A stretch of 64,000 nt of DNA from positions 1,178,001 to 1,242,000 of the forward strand of contig BQFW01000004.1 in the NCBI GenBank assembly GCA_020891255.1, written 5' to 3'. The translations under genes and the position numbers were made by a program. Shown one piece after another: positions 37,052 through 50,094 of the stretch (positions are counted from its first letter, which is position 1; every line of letters begins with the position of its first letter). Under the pieces are notes generated by a model that was not told the origin of the DNA, ran no database searches, and worked only from the letters and a program-made list of their open reading frames with translations. The DNA is from Entomortierella parvispora E1425 (Eukaryota; Fungi; Mortierellomycota).

Positions 37052-40000
37052 ATGTCTTTCCAAGCAGCCGACTCATGGACACTTTTCTCCGAGGTCTTGC
37101 CCCCCGTCTGTCATGAATGCGCTATCGACACGGCGCACCCATTAAGAGTGCGGAAACTAGATCACGAGGACTCTTTAATGACCCCCAGTCTGAAGCGACG
37201 CCTCTTGGAAAATGACCTCGCTATGGACCTCAACGAGACAAGTGAGGGAGAGATCCTAAGTCGACAGGACTGTGGACAAGAGAGCTGGATCCTTGCCCGC
37301 CAGTGGAACGAGCCCCTTGCCAGCTGGGGCATTTTACGTCATCCCTGTGGTCACCGAATGACGGCACTGCCATTGATCGAGATACGTTTTCACCAGGGCT
37401 CCATCATGGCTATGGTGGGAGAACGCATCTTGGCTGTCAGGGAGGATGATGAGAACGATCCATTATGGGAATCGTTGGGACTTCAGTATGCATCAAGCAT
37501 ACATGCAGCCTATCACAGTCGCAGCGGCACATTGTTCTCCGCAATTTGTGCAGCCAAGGATAATGTTGCGTTAAATGGTGTCTTACAGTTGGATGACGAG
37601 TCTTCGTATCTGGAGATCCGCTTCAGTGTATTCATTCATCGTGGGTTGCTATCAAGCAATCTGGTTTGCGGAAGAACCATGGACTCTCTTATGCAACCCA
37701 TCATACACTTCATTTTCCCGCCATTTCATGGAAAAGATAACGTATTCACGGACAACGCCATCAAGGATCTGTATGCTCACTTGAACTCTGCTGCCGACTC
37801 GAATCCGTCACCAGGAGTTCAACATAAAGACTTGCTGCCGAAACTCCTACCATTTCAGCAACGGTCGGTCACATGGTGTTTGAAGCGAGAATGTGGGGTC
37901 GTTGATGGATTTGGAAATGTAGTATACCAAGAACCGAGTATGAGCGAAAAACTTCCTTTGACTTGGGAAGTTGTCACCGCCGCCTCAGGAGAGAATCTTT
38001 TCATCAATCGTCTTTGTGGTCGTGTGTGCATCGCAGACGAAATCCTAGTAGCACAGGAGCCTGAACCAAGAGGTGGCATCTTAGCCGAGGAAATGGGACT
38101 AGGAAAGACAGTGGAGGTGTTGGCGCTCATTCTTTTGAACCGCAGGAAGGCAGCTCCTCCATTGGGGGTGCTAGAGGACCAGCTTCTAGAGACTCACCTT
38201 CTCGATGATCTGGAGAGCGAATATGGGAACAATCCACAGCCATTAATATGGAGTGGGGCGACCCTTATTATCACACCACCTTCAATCGTACATCAGTGGG
38301 TGAGCGAGATCGAGAGGCATGCCCCCACGCTTCGTGTTTTCATTTATGTTGACGACTCTCATACTGCAGTTGAGGCTGCTTTACTAGCCCAATACGATGT
38401 TGTCCTTACTACGTATACCATGCTAGCAAAAGAGCTCGACTACGCTGTGCATTACGATCGCCCTCGACGACATCGTCAGCGATACAAGCCACGCAAGAGT
38501 TCATTTGTTCAAATTGACTGGTGGAGAGTCTGTCTAGATGAGGTTTGTTGAACTGTATTCACCTTTAATTTTTGTTTGTCTTTCGTCTCATTTAATGACT
38601 TGAAGACAAACTACATTTAGGCCCAGATGATCGAAGTGCCAGTCTCTCGAGCAGCCACCATGGCGGGCATGATCCCACGTGTGATGTCTTGGGCTATCAG
38701 TGGAACTCCTGTTAAGCGCCACTTGGAGGACCTTCATTCACTCTTACGGTTTTTAAAGCAAGAACCTCTCGGCTCGAACAAGCAAATGTGGAAGCTTTTA
38801 AATCATAAAGTCTTCCGATCGACCCTCATCACCTCCTATCAGCAAATTATGAGTCGCTTTTCGAAGCGGGATATTGAGCAGGAGCTGTCACTACCACGTC
38901 AGTCGAGAGTTGTTTATGGCATTGAATTTTCTGATATTGAACGCGCAAACTACAACCAACTGTGGGAAACCTGTCTTTCGGAGTGTGAGCTTGCGTTTAC
39001 CGATCAGAACTTGGATGAGGTTGACACTGAACGCTTTCAGTCCTGGCTCATGAGACTACGTCAAACTTGGTATGCTTGATGGATTTTTAGGGCTGATCAG
39101 TGTCTAGTCTATTACAATTGAAATTAACTACTTCATATATTCTATAGCTGTCATCCACAGATTGGCGCTCGAAACAAAGAGTCCCTTGGTGGTACAAATT
39201 TAAGAACTATCGACGAAGTGCTTGATGTTATGATAGCCCAAGTCACCACGCAACTTTATCAAAAAGAGCGGAGCGAAGGTCTCTGTAGAGTGAAACGAGC
39301 TGTCCTTCAAACTCGGATACACCCGGCTACCATTGCACTGCCATTTTTTCGGAAAACGGAGCAAGATGTGCTCCAGCACGTCATGTTTTGGAAGAAAAAG
39401 TACGACCTCAAGTTCCAGAATTACAAGGAAAGTGAGATGGAGAGTGATATTGATGTATCTGATGAGACGGCGTTGGAAGCACAACTCGATTTAGCTCTGT
39501 CAGGGAAAGCTGGCGCCTCGGATAGTTTGGCAATAGCAGCTCTCCGGCACAGAGAATGGCTTGAGCAACAACATCGTGTTCTTTTCTATATGGCAGGGAC
39601 TTACCACGCATTGAACATGGAAACCGAAGAAAATTCTTTCTATGAGAAAGCAGAGGCCATTCGTCAGCAACTTCTCCAGCTACCTGAACAAAAGTTTGAA
39701 AAGCAGCTAGCATTGGTGCAGAAACGCGTCGACAACATTTCTCTCGACTCCTTGTACTCCATTGAGACTTCCTTATACAAAGGAGGTATCGTTATGAGCC
39801 GTATTATGGCCGATCTGGACACAGTTTCAGAAGCACTGAATGTGCAGCTACAGACGCTGCGTCGTTGGAGACAAGATCTTGTGAGTCGCTTAACGCAGCC
39901 ATTGATGCGTGACGGGGAGGAAGGAGAGCAATATCAATACTCCATCGACCTGCAGCACACCCTCGAGTCCTACCTGCACTTTTATGTCAAACTCCTTGTA

Positions 40001-41772
40001 TTTAGAAAAGACCTTATCTCCGGTTCTGAGGACTCTATGGCAAATCACCATAAGGTCGTACAGTCCCAGCGTGATCATGCCGCGATGGTCAAGTTGCGGG
40101 AAAGTCGAGTACGGTCGTTCAAGAGAAAAGCTGGCGAGTTGGATGAAACGAAAAAACCTGAAGACTTGGACAAGAATCTGGAAAAAGAGCTTTTCGATCT
40201 GATCACACCTAATTTGACTTGTACGCTGAGGTCCATTCGTACCAACATCCGATCAGTTCTAAAAGAGGATAGTCTTCCTCGGGCCGAAATTGCTATAGCA
40301 GAACTTGAAGATTCCCGCGTCAAAGAGATGCAGAATGTTCAGTCCAAGCTGATCTTAGAACTCGAAAGGTATTTCGAATAGATATTTATCGCCGCTTTGC
40401 CCTCCGTAATGCAAAGCATTAGCCAAGTTTGCTAATTATTTTTTACTTATTGACACAGAGAAATCCCAGGTTTTCGACAATTGACTGCCTCCAGAACTGT
40501 TTACTATCGACAACTCCAAGCTATCTCTGACACTGTCCTTGACATTGAGTCAACCGACCCTGAGGCGGATATTGATGCATGTCTAAAGGAAGAAACCTTA
40601 CTGCAAAAAGATATCATTCGTCTTGTGGCAAAGCAAAGATATCTGGAGCATATTGCAACAACCTCTAAAAAACAGTCGCCGTCTGCAGACAGTACGGTGT
40701 GTCTGATTTGCCGCAGTCCATATGAAGTGGGTCTAATGACAGATTGTGGGCATATTTTCTGTGAGCACTGTCTCTTGGAATGGACAAAAAACAAGGCATA
40801 TGCCAAATGCCCAAGCTGCAATAGCCAGATTTCAAGAAAAAACTTAAGTCGCGTGGGTTTCCGAGGCTCTTCCATCCCGGTTCTTACCTCTACGCAAGAG
40901 CCTGCTACTCGGTCCGAGCCTGTAAGTGATCGGGTGAGCATTGGCTGCTTGAGCAAAGTGCGTATGGTCCCAGAGGCTATCCGAAGAGTAGCTATTATTG
41001 ATGGCTACGGTAGCAAGGTCGATTCTATTGTTCGACACATCGTTTATCTTGTGCAAGAAGATCCGGAAACCAAATGCTTGGTATTTTCACAGTGGACTAG
41101 CCTGTTGGCTCTCATTGCTGACAGTCTAGAGAAGAACATGATTGGCATGGTCAAACTCCAAGGCAATTTGAACAGTGCTGTGAAACAGTTCAAAGAAAAC
41201 AAAAACAAGCATGTGTTCATGCTGCACGCAAAGTCGCAGTCTGCGTAAGCATATGTTCCTTCATTGAACTTCCCTTTGTTGCATAGGAAACAAGCCTTCT
41301 CATACTTTTTTTTCTACTTCAGAGGATTAACCTTGATAGATGCAACACATGTTTTCATTTGCGAACCGCTCGTGAATCCTGTGCTTCAGGCCCAAGCTGT
41401 CAGTCGTGTGCATCGAATTGGCCAGCGAAAGGAGGTATGATGATGATATGAATTCGGAGAACTTTCGAACAAAAGTGCCTAACACCTATTTCTTATTATT
41501 AGACATTTGTTTATTATTATCTGGTCCTTAACAGCGTTGAGATTCCCTGCTTCGACCTGTTTGAGCGGAAACAATCCGAGGCCTCGGTGGCACATAGAGC
41601 TGCACACTTAAAGGATGTCATAGCTGATTTCGCAGACTCTCACATTCCCATGACATCTACAGCAGTAACTAGGGCACAGAATCGACACGGTGAGGTTGTC
41701 ACATTAGAGGACTTGAAATTTTGCTTCCAGAGTCAGAAGCAGATGAGCACTGAGCTTATTGATGAACATTAA
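37052..41772 (+). CDS. SHPRH: SNF2 helicase-RING E3 ligase, SHPRH/Irc20-like
   Basis: KLLPFQQRSVTW, GGILAEEMGLGKT, CLDE|AQM, SGTP, C3HC4 RING (CLICR...CGHIFC...CPSC), KCLVFSQW and QAVSRVHRIGQ. Confidence 0.88.
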
Positions 41773-41797
41773 TTAAGAATAGCTTTATTTGAGCATA

Positions 41798-43178
41798 TTA
41801 CAATGCCTTATATGACATGTAGAACTTGACTTGAATGTCATTGTTCAAAGTAACATGGACATCTGTACCTCGCTCCCCAAATGGAACCACAGTATGAAAA
41901 GGGATCTGCTGGCTCCCCATGAATACTACATTGAAAAATAAATGGAAGAGTGTCAATCTCTGTTAAACCTATTGCTATTCACAAAATCAAAGAATGTTCA
42001 GCTTACCATCTGGAGAGAACGGACTGCAACACATGACCTTCACATCCAGAACTTGAGAAAGATGTGTAATAGAGAATATAACGCTTTCACGCCATAGGAT
42101 TGAAAAATGACCCGAATAAGCTTGATCACTTGAGGCCTCCTGTGTGGTGAAGAGCTGACCTCCAAGGGATATTGTACACTGAAAAGATTTCGTTTTTGCT
42201 AGAAATAATGTGATCATGCAAGGCGATGAGAATAAGGGTTATATACCATGCGTCTCAATGTTTACCACTCCTTCTCCTCACTTTACTTACCGAATTCTGC
42301 ACTAGGAATAACGGCTTCCTGGACTCTGATTGTCATTGTTCCAATTGTCTCCGCTAGGGGTGGTCGAATAGAGGTGCGCATACCATATTCTCGCGGTGCT
42401 TTGGCCATCGCCTCGATTGCTTTTTCCATTGCACCGACCCAAATCCTCCGTTCTCGAGCTGACCCTGCCTTGAGTTGGATCAGGGACTGCTGAGCTCTAG
42501 AACCTTGAGGCTGCTGTTGGCTGTGTGTCCTCAAATGGACAGGCACATGGTCATGCTGTGAGGACGACAACTGGGATGAGAGTAACAACGTTAACTTGGT
42601 TTCATCTCCAGAGTCGGCTTTGACTTTCAATCTCTCTATTGGAATTGGAGGGTGATAAAGTGTCCAGCCTCGATTGCCTTGCGCCTGACCCCAGTCCGTA
42701 CTCGTTGATGGGGACAATCCGAGAGAAGGCGAGCTCATGGACATGGAGCCATAGGGCTGGGACTTTGCCAGGGAAGAGTCCGTCCGGCCTGGGATGAATA
42801 ACAACAGCAAGTCATTACAAAGGTACCCATATAACCGTCGACCCGATTTTGCTTTGCGAAGGTGTCCCTCTTGGATGATACATCGATGACCCAAATATTT
42901 AGTCTCTGAGGTTAATAATAAGCCCTAGTTGCAATATTGCAGTAGTTAGAATGAGCTCATTTGAAATTTGAATGCAAAGGAGCAATATATCAATGATGTA
43001 CCTCAGAAGTATCCCCAGAAGGCATCTTGCGTTCTATCTCTTGCAATCTCTGTCTTGTTTCACTAGTCCGAATAGTTTCGTTAATTTGGTCTAAGAACTT
43101 CTCTGCCGACAAAAGCGCTTCCGAAAGTAAGAGGTGATCAAGGTGGTCGTCATCAGTGTACTCCAAGATCTTGGGGGA

Positions 43179-43218
<40 letters not shown>

Positions 43219-46200
43219 TTAGAGACGGTCGTTGCCTCCCCGAAGTATAGTCAAATGCCTACCTTCTTGATTAGCAGTGGGTATCGGGTGATGCGCTGGA
43301 GTGGCTGTAGTAAAAAGCTGGAAATATCAAGTCCGCGGCAGGAAGGATTGGACTTCGCGAGCTGTATCAAAGAATATTGTCAGTAGTTATTTTAGGTAGA
43401 AGGCCCTGCTTCTATAGGATGGCGTTTTCTCACCTTCAAGAAGTCCTGCAGACCTCGGCTCTCGGATATTTTCCTTGACAGCAGAACACTTGCCTCACGG
43501 TGACCGGAACAATAACGCAGAAAGCAATTTGCTCGCTCAACGATACAACTATTAATTATGTCACCAACAGCCAGCACCACACCATTACCATTCTCTCGCC
43601 TTTCCTCCAAATCTCTGACAACAGTTTGCGAGAGATCCAAGAGACTGGACCAGTCTAAGAAAATAACTTGGCTTTCGGCCGGACTGATTAACGCCTGATT
43701 CAGCAAAGGCCGCTGAAAGTCATCTCTGACTAAGTATAGATAGGAAAGGTACACCTGCTCGGTTGTAATCAACTCGTGAATTGCTTCCTGGCGCTTCCTC
43801 TCTCTTTCGTTGAGTGAGTTTGCTACACTCAGAGCAACAGTAGAACTCCATGACGGTGAGCTTAAAAGCAAAGGGCTCGGAGACCGAAAAGGAGCCTCGA
43901 CTGTGGACACCAATGTATGATTGAATGCGCCTTCTGATATGAACCTAGAATGTGAGAGAGACTTCATCATTCCTTCCGAATGACTCCCGGCCCTGGGGCG
44001 GAGTCCTGGCAGAGGCTCAGAGGGGATCACAAGGTGCGATGATAACGACCCTTCTGACTGCTTACGGGACAAGATCGAGATGGGCCTGGACAACGCAGAG
44101 CCGGACTGCCCTGTGATGCTGTGGGCACGGGCCTTCGGGTATCCACCTGTGGGTCTCGGCGGAGGTGTCCTGTACTTTGGAGCATGATTAATCTCGATAG
44201 CTGGTGTTGTGGATAGTGACGCTGGAATGGGGCTACCAGCGACTTGTTCGCGTCCTTGACCCTCTTCAACATGCTTGTCATCATCACTGTCGCTTTCACT
44301 TGTAGTGTCAGCCTCAGTGTCTGTTTCCGATTCTGACTCTGAATCATCGCTCTGCATCTGGGTTAGGTCTAACGATGTAGGGATATTTGTGAAAATGAAA
44401 GGTGAGGACAGAAAGTGATTTCAGTTCCTTTGTCTGAGTTTGTTCGATTGACCAGCCTTAATTCTGCTCCTTCTTCTTCAATGCATGATCTTTAATATAT
44501 ATATCAAAAGTTGCAAAGAATGCGGAATGAGAGAAAGAAAAGTGTAATAGCTACTCGATGGCATCCGAAAAATAAAAGGGGGGGGGGGGGGAAGACAGTG
44601 TTTCGGCCATGCGGGAAATATGTGGCGTTGGGACGTTGGGACGAAATGCAGGATTGGCACGATATGAAGGAAGATGGCACTAACCGCTAGTGGGCTGACT
44701 ATTCAACTCCTCCAGGTAAGCAGCAGGTATCATTCCAGAGTTTCCATGCACATCCTTGGCGCGCCACCACAGAGGATCGGACTTGTCCATGATCTCTACC
44801 ACATCGTCAACATCGACGGACAGCTCTTCGGCACTCTGACCAACATAGGCGTACAGTGCCTTAGCTGTTGTCTCTGCAGAAGGGACTTCTATCAATTCAC
44901 ACGCACACAATAATGATCACTAGTTAGGCATTTGGGTCCATCTAAGTTCTGGTAATATTACACTCCGTGAACGTCAATGTGTACCTTCTGTTAAGGTTTG
45001 ACCTTCAATGTATTCCTCGAGGTATGTTGCTGGAAGCATCCCAATTGCTCCGGAGAGAGTACGAGCCCGCCACCACTGTGGGTCAGGCTTCTCCAGAATA
45101 CTCACAACATCTCCGCGCTCAGCGGAAAGCTCCCCTTCGTTTTGAGCTGCATAAGGGAATAATGCTCTTGCCTTAAATATATCTATCATACCAATCCACG
45201 GAAAAAGAACAACTCTATCAGTTAAGTAGCGCATTAACTCAAAATCTGATAGAGCACACCAAGCAACTCACCTGGGACTTCTTGCATGTATGTCTTAGGC
45301 AACCAGCCAGCCTTGCTCTCATCCTGTTCAGAGACGCCATAAACCCAATCCACGTTTCCGACTTCCAAGGAGGGGTATACAAGCAAATAATCATTGGCAT
45401 CAAAGTTAAGTTGATCTGCAGCCAAAGCAACATAGCTCCATAAGGCTTTTGCTCTATGTCCCTTTGAAAAATCAACCTTGCCATCTAAAGATGTGCTGTT
45501 CATATTCGCAGACGTTTGCGGCTGTGAAATGGAGTGAGTAACGGTCACAGGAGCTTCGGGGATATGGGCCAAGGCAGCAGGAACCGATCCTGGGCTTGCC
45601 GACGAAGATTTTTCAGTAGGTGAATGACTGGCCAAGCGACCGAACCAGTCAGTACTCTCACGCCGGCTGTCACGCTCGTCTTCCATAGTGACAGGGCGTT
45701 CAACAGCATTGCTAGCCGATTTTTTCAAAGTCGGCATTCCTCCAGCAAAAAGGCCACCCAAATCTGGCATACCCATAGGTCTCTGATTCGAATTAGCAGA
45801 GATATGCGAGGTCGCTGCAGCATCTGCATCATTGGCAGCGCTAGGGATTTGTGTCGTATCGCCGAGAACGCGTCCTGTTAAGAAGTATCGCGTGTTAAGA
45901 AGTGTTGGGAAAAAAAGGTTTGGTACCAACCAACTCTATTTTACAATAAGGAAACGTTACCTCCTTTAACGATGGTCTTATCTTTGGTTATAGCCTTCTT
46001 CAATTTGATGCCAGTTTGGATTTGACTGAGCAACGCGCCTCTGGCCCCGGAAGCAGATTGTGGTGCGCTTGTTTGAGCGGTCGGGATCGGCGCTGGCGGA
46101 GGGACAGGGATGGCACTAGAAGGACCAGAAGAAATAGGCGTGCCTGAAGAAATGAATAGACGTAAAAATAGAAAGAATTGGTTAGCAGGAAAATTAATGT

Positions 46201-49050
46201 GAGTGCATGTAGAATGTCAGATAAGTACCTGTTTGCGCTGGTGCAGGAGGTGCAGGAGGTGGCGGTGGTGGCGGTGGGATAGACGATACTTGGGGTGCCA
46301 CTGGTGGAGTGGACCTCTTCGATAGAGTCTCCGATATATTAGAGTGGGAACCCGAGGAGTGTGTCAGGGCCTCAGAGCCGGTTAAAGGAGCGGAGAACAG
46401 CTTTTGCGCGAGATGATCAACTTCGACATCCCTTTCGATGACATCCCAACCATCAGAGGTATCTTTGGAATGAACCGTTTTACCACCATCTAGTGCCACA
46501 GCATTAGAGGAGAGCATGCGGAAAAAGGGGTTGTTGGAGCCTGACGTGACGTTTGTAGGGGGAGCCATGGAAGGCGGCGTAGCATTAACTGGGCTAGTTG
46601 TATCCCAGTCATCATCTGAGGATGAGATGGACTTCCGATGCTTCGCAAATGGGTTTGAGTCAAGTGTTATGCGGACAGCCTCGCTCTTGTTGGTTGTTGC
46701 CGATGGAACTAACGTTGCGATACTGGGCTCCTTTGCTGTCACAACTGAATGTTCCAATTGGTCTCGACTATCCTGCTCCTTATTTTCCGAACTCTTGGCC
46801 AGATACTGAGCCTCTTCGCGCTGGGATTGCTGTTGTTCCGAGACCTTTTGCTGCTCCGCGGATTCGCGTTCAATCCGGCGCGCCTCCTCCAGCTTTTGCT
46901 CATTCAAGCGCTGTTCACGGCTGGCCTGCATGTCCCTCTCCGCCTGTCTGTCCAGCTCTGCTTGACGACGCTTAGACTCCGCATTAGCCAGCAACTTCTC
47001 TCGAGCAATTCTTTCGGCCTCCTCAAACTTGGCGCTAGTGAACGCATCTGCATCAGTGACATCAGGGGCTGCTAAAGGGGCTGGAGAAGCGGATTCCGAA
47101 CGAGTGGACTGAGCTTTCGCCAGTATATCATTTTGTCTATCACGCAAGCGCTTTTCTGCCTGTGCGCGAATAATAGCTCGCCGCTCCTCTGGGGTTTTTC
47201 CAACAAGGCTGGTGGTGGACAAAGCCGACGAGGAAAGTGACGGTGACGCAGTAGGGGATGATACATGGGTTGGTCCATTGGCATTCGGGCGCTGTGACGA
47301 CGACGGGACCGCACTGACGCGAGACAAGGAGATGGTTGAGGATTGGTAGACGGAAGTGTCAGAAGCAGCCGAAACAGCAGGCGCACGGATTTGTTGGAGG
47401 AACAACCGGGTGATCTCTGACTCTATGCCAGCACCTTCTTCCCACTTTCTCCTGTCTGCCTCCGATCGATCATTTCTTTGTGGTCGCGCCTGTGTGTCCA
47501 AGCCACGCTCCAACTGGCGCATTGTGTCCTCAAGTCGACGTACAGCAGCCTCGACTTCGCTTACATTCTGCTCATTAACATCTCTTTCCGCTCGGATACG
47601 AGCTGCTTGATCTCGATCTATTCCGGTTTGGGCAGCCGAAGGGATAGGCTTTCCAGTGAGAGCCGCCATTCTCTGAGCCTTCATAAGCGCAATCCTGGCC
47701 TTCATTCTGTCCTCAGCTGTGATAGCACCTCCTGGCCCGGTCCCAGTTATATTTGCATCGTCCCCAAGTTGACCTCCTGACTTGAGTTTAGCGAGTTCCA
47801 ATCGAGACTCCTCTAAAGATTTGTCGGTCTCGCGGACATTGCTGGCCAAGGTAGACACAGTCCGAAGCAGGGCCGCAACTTCTTGGTCCATATTTCTTCG
47901 TTCTGCCCGAAGACGGGCGAGATCTTGGTTGGCGCCGGTAATTCTAAGGTGCAGAGCCTCATTAGGAGATGACTGCAGTCTGTTTTGAGCGCTTCTGATT
48001 TGATCCTTCAAGTCAGATATCTCTCTGTCTTCGCCGTTGATAAATCCATTGGATTCATTGGAGAGAATCGCCTCCAGGACAAGACGTTGCTCGCCAATTT
48101 GCTTTTGAAGTCGACCAACGGAAGATTCGCTAGAGGCAGCATGGCGCGGTGCTGGGCTGGTAGAGACGTTCCCACGACGGGCAGAGGATACGTAACCAAC
48201 ATCATCGGGGGAGCGTACGCTAAGTCTCTTCGAGAGCGAAGTAGACGAAGTGGAGGGTGAGGATGCATAGGAGCCCCAATTGGTAGAACCAGCCTTGGAG
48301 GGGATATCTGTCAAGAGGGATCTTTTCACAAAATCAAGAGTCTCTGAAATGTCTCTAGACGACGGAGGAACGAGGTCATCAGGCAGGGACGCTGGAAGAT
48401 CGCCGCCGTTCAGTCTACGGTAGACAAGATGCATTGCGACTGCAAACTCATCTTTGTTGAGTTTTCCTTGGTTATTTGGATCTGCTAGAGCCCTATGAGA
48501 CCACAAGATAACAAGAGTTGTTAGAGCGAATTCATGTCGAGGTGTGTGCTGCAGTTGAGCCGTAGTCCTCACCAGATATGCCCTAAGTCAGACGCAGGGA
48601 GGCCACTTGAACCAAAAATCTCTCGAGCACGCTCGCCTATAGGGTCAAAAAAGCATGAGTACCTTAGAAAGAACATAGAACTATCTAACAAGGAGCTGCT
48701 GCTGTGCATGGCAGGAGTCCACTAGCCCTCGCGTTCCTACCACTGATGTAGCCCGAGTGATCTTGGTCCCAAGCAGAAAAGAGCTGGTCGTAGTGAGCCT
48801 TTTCTTCGCGAGAAACGGCCCAGCCGGGGCGGGCAGGTTGGTACTGCTGAGGATGGTGCTGCTGGCCGTACGGCTGCTGTAACTGCTGCTGTATCAGGGG
48901 CTGGCCAAAGCCTGCATTGTACTGAAAGTGTGCCCCAGCAGACTGGTAGTACTGCTGTTGCTGCTGTTGTTGCTGCTGCTGCTGCTGCAAAAGCTGCTGC
49001 TGGTATTGCTGCTGCTGCTGTTGTTGCTGCTGGATGTTGTGGCCGTACAT
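41798..49050 (-). CDS. Pan1/intersectin-like endocytic scaffold: polyQ-EH-coiled coil-WH2-3xSH3-RhoGEF(DH)-PH-C2
   Basis: EH (LGHIW|[22 protein letters not shown]), NPF motifs, WH2 ([15 protein letters not shown]), three SH3 exons, DH ([18 protein letters not shown]), PH ([11 protein letters not shown]) and C2 ending ...[10 protein letters not shown]. The exon phases I checked are continuous, including across intron ~44371-44686. Confidence 0.82.
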
Positions 49051-49292
49051 GGACAGGGCACAGCAGGGAGACAAGAGGAAAGAAGAGATAGAGAATGAGA
49101 AAAGTTGATGGAGTGACGAAGGATGGCACTGGCAAAGATGATGAAGGTTGGCCATCCTCCTGCGACGACACGTTAACCAGTCTCATAGCTTAAGGGGTGG
49201 GACATGGTCAGGCCCATCACCCATCACCCATCGTGGGGTCGCGCTGTCTTGTCTCTCCTTTCTTTTGCCTTGAACAGCATCGATCTTTCGCC

Positions 49293-50056
49293 ATGCAGAA
49301 CCAGCAGACCAATCCGCAGCAGATGCAACAGCAGCTGCACCTGCAGCTCCAACAACAGATGCAGATGCAACAGCAACAGCAGCAGCAGCAGCAACAGCAA
49401 CAGCAGCAGCAACAGCAACAGCAACCGAATCAACTGGACTGGAAGTCTACATTGCCTCTGGAAGAGCGAATGATCCTCATCACTAAGCTGTAAGTAACAG
49501 ATAACTCGAAGACATTACAAGGCCGTCACTCATTCGATGATTTTGTTTGCTCATTATCCTGTAGGTCCGAGTCATTGAAATCTCTCTCACCCACCATTGC
49601 TGATCAAAAGATCATGGAGCTAGCGAAAACGTTTGAAAATGTCACGTTTCAACGGATGCCAAGCAAGGTAAGGCTTTGGAACTTCTCTTGAGTCGCCGGG
49701 ATTCGTGGAGAACAAAATATGATCGCTGTTTTTTTTGCTGACTTGTTTTTCCATGGTGTTGCTCTAGGCCGAGTACTTGAAGGCCCATCAACGGAAGCTA
49801 CTTCAGATCCGCACTCAAATAGCAGACCCTCCACATGCAGCTGCTTCTCCACTGCTGGGTTCACCTCAGTCACAAGGAACAATGGCGACCACCCCTAATC
49901 TTATGCAACAGATACCCCCAAACAGCATGCAGAACGTTACACCGCAGCAGAAGCAGGCTCTGCATCAGTTGTTGCAACAACAACAGCAACAACGCCTATT
50001 TCAACATCAACAGCAACAAGCCCCACAACAACAACAACAACAACAACAAGCTCCGT

Positions 50057-50094
<38 letters not shown>

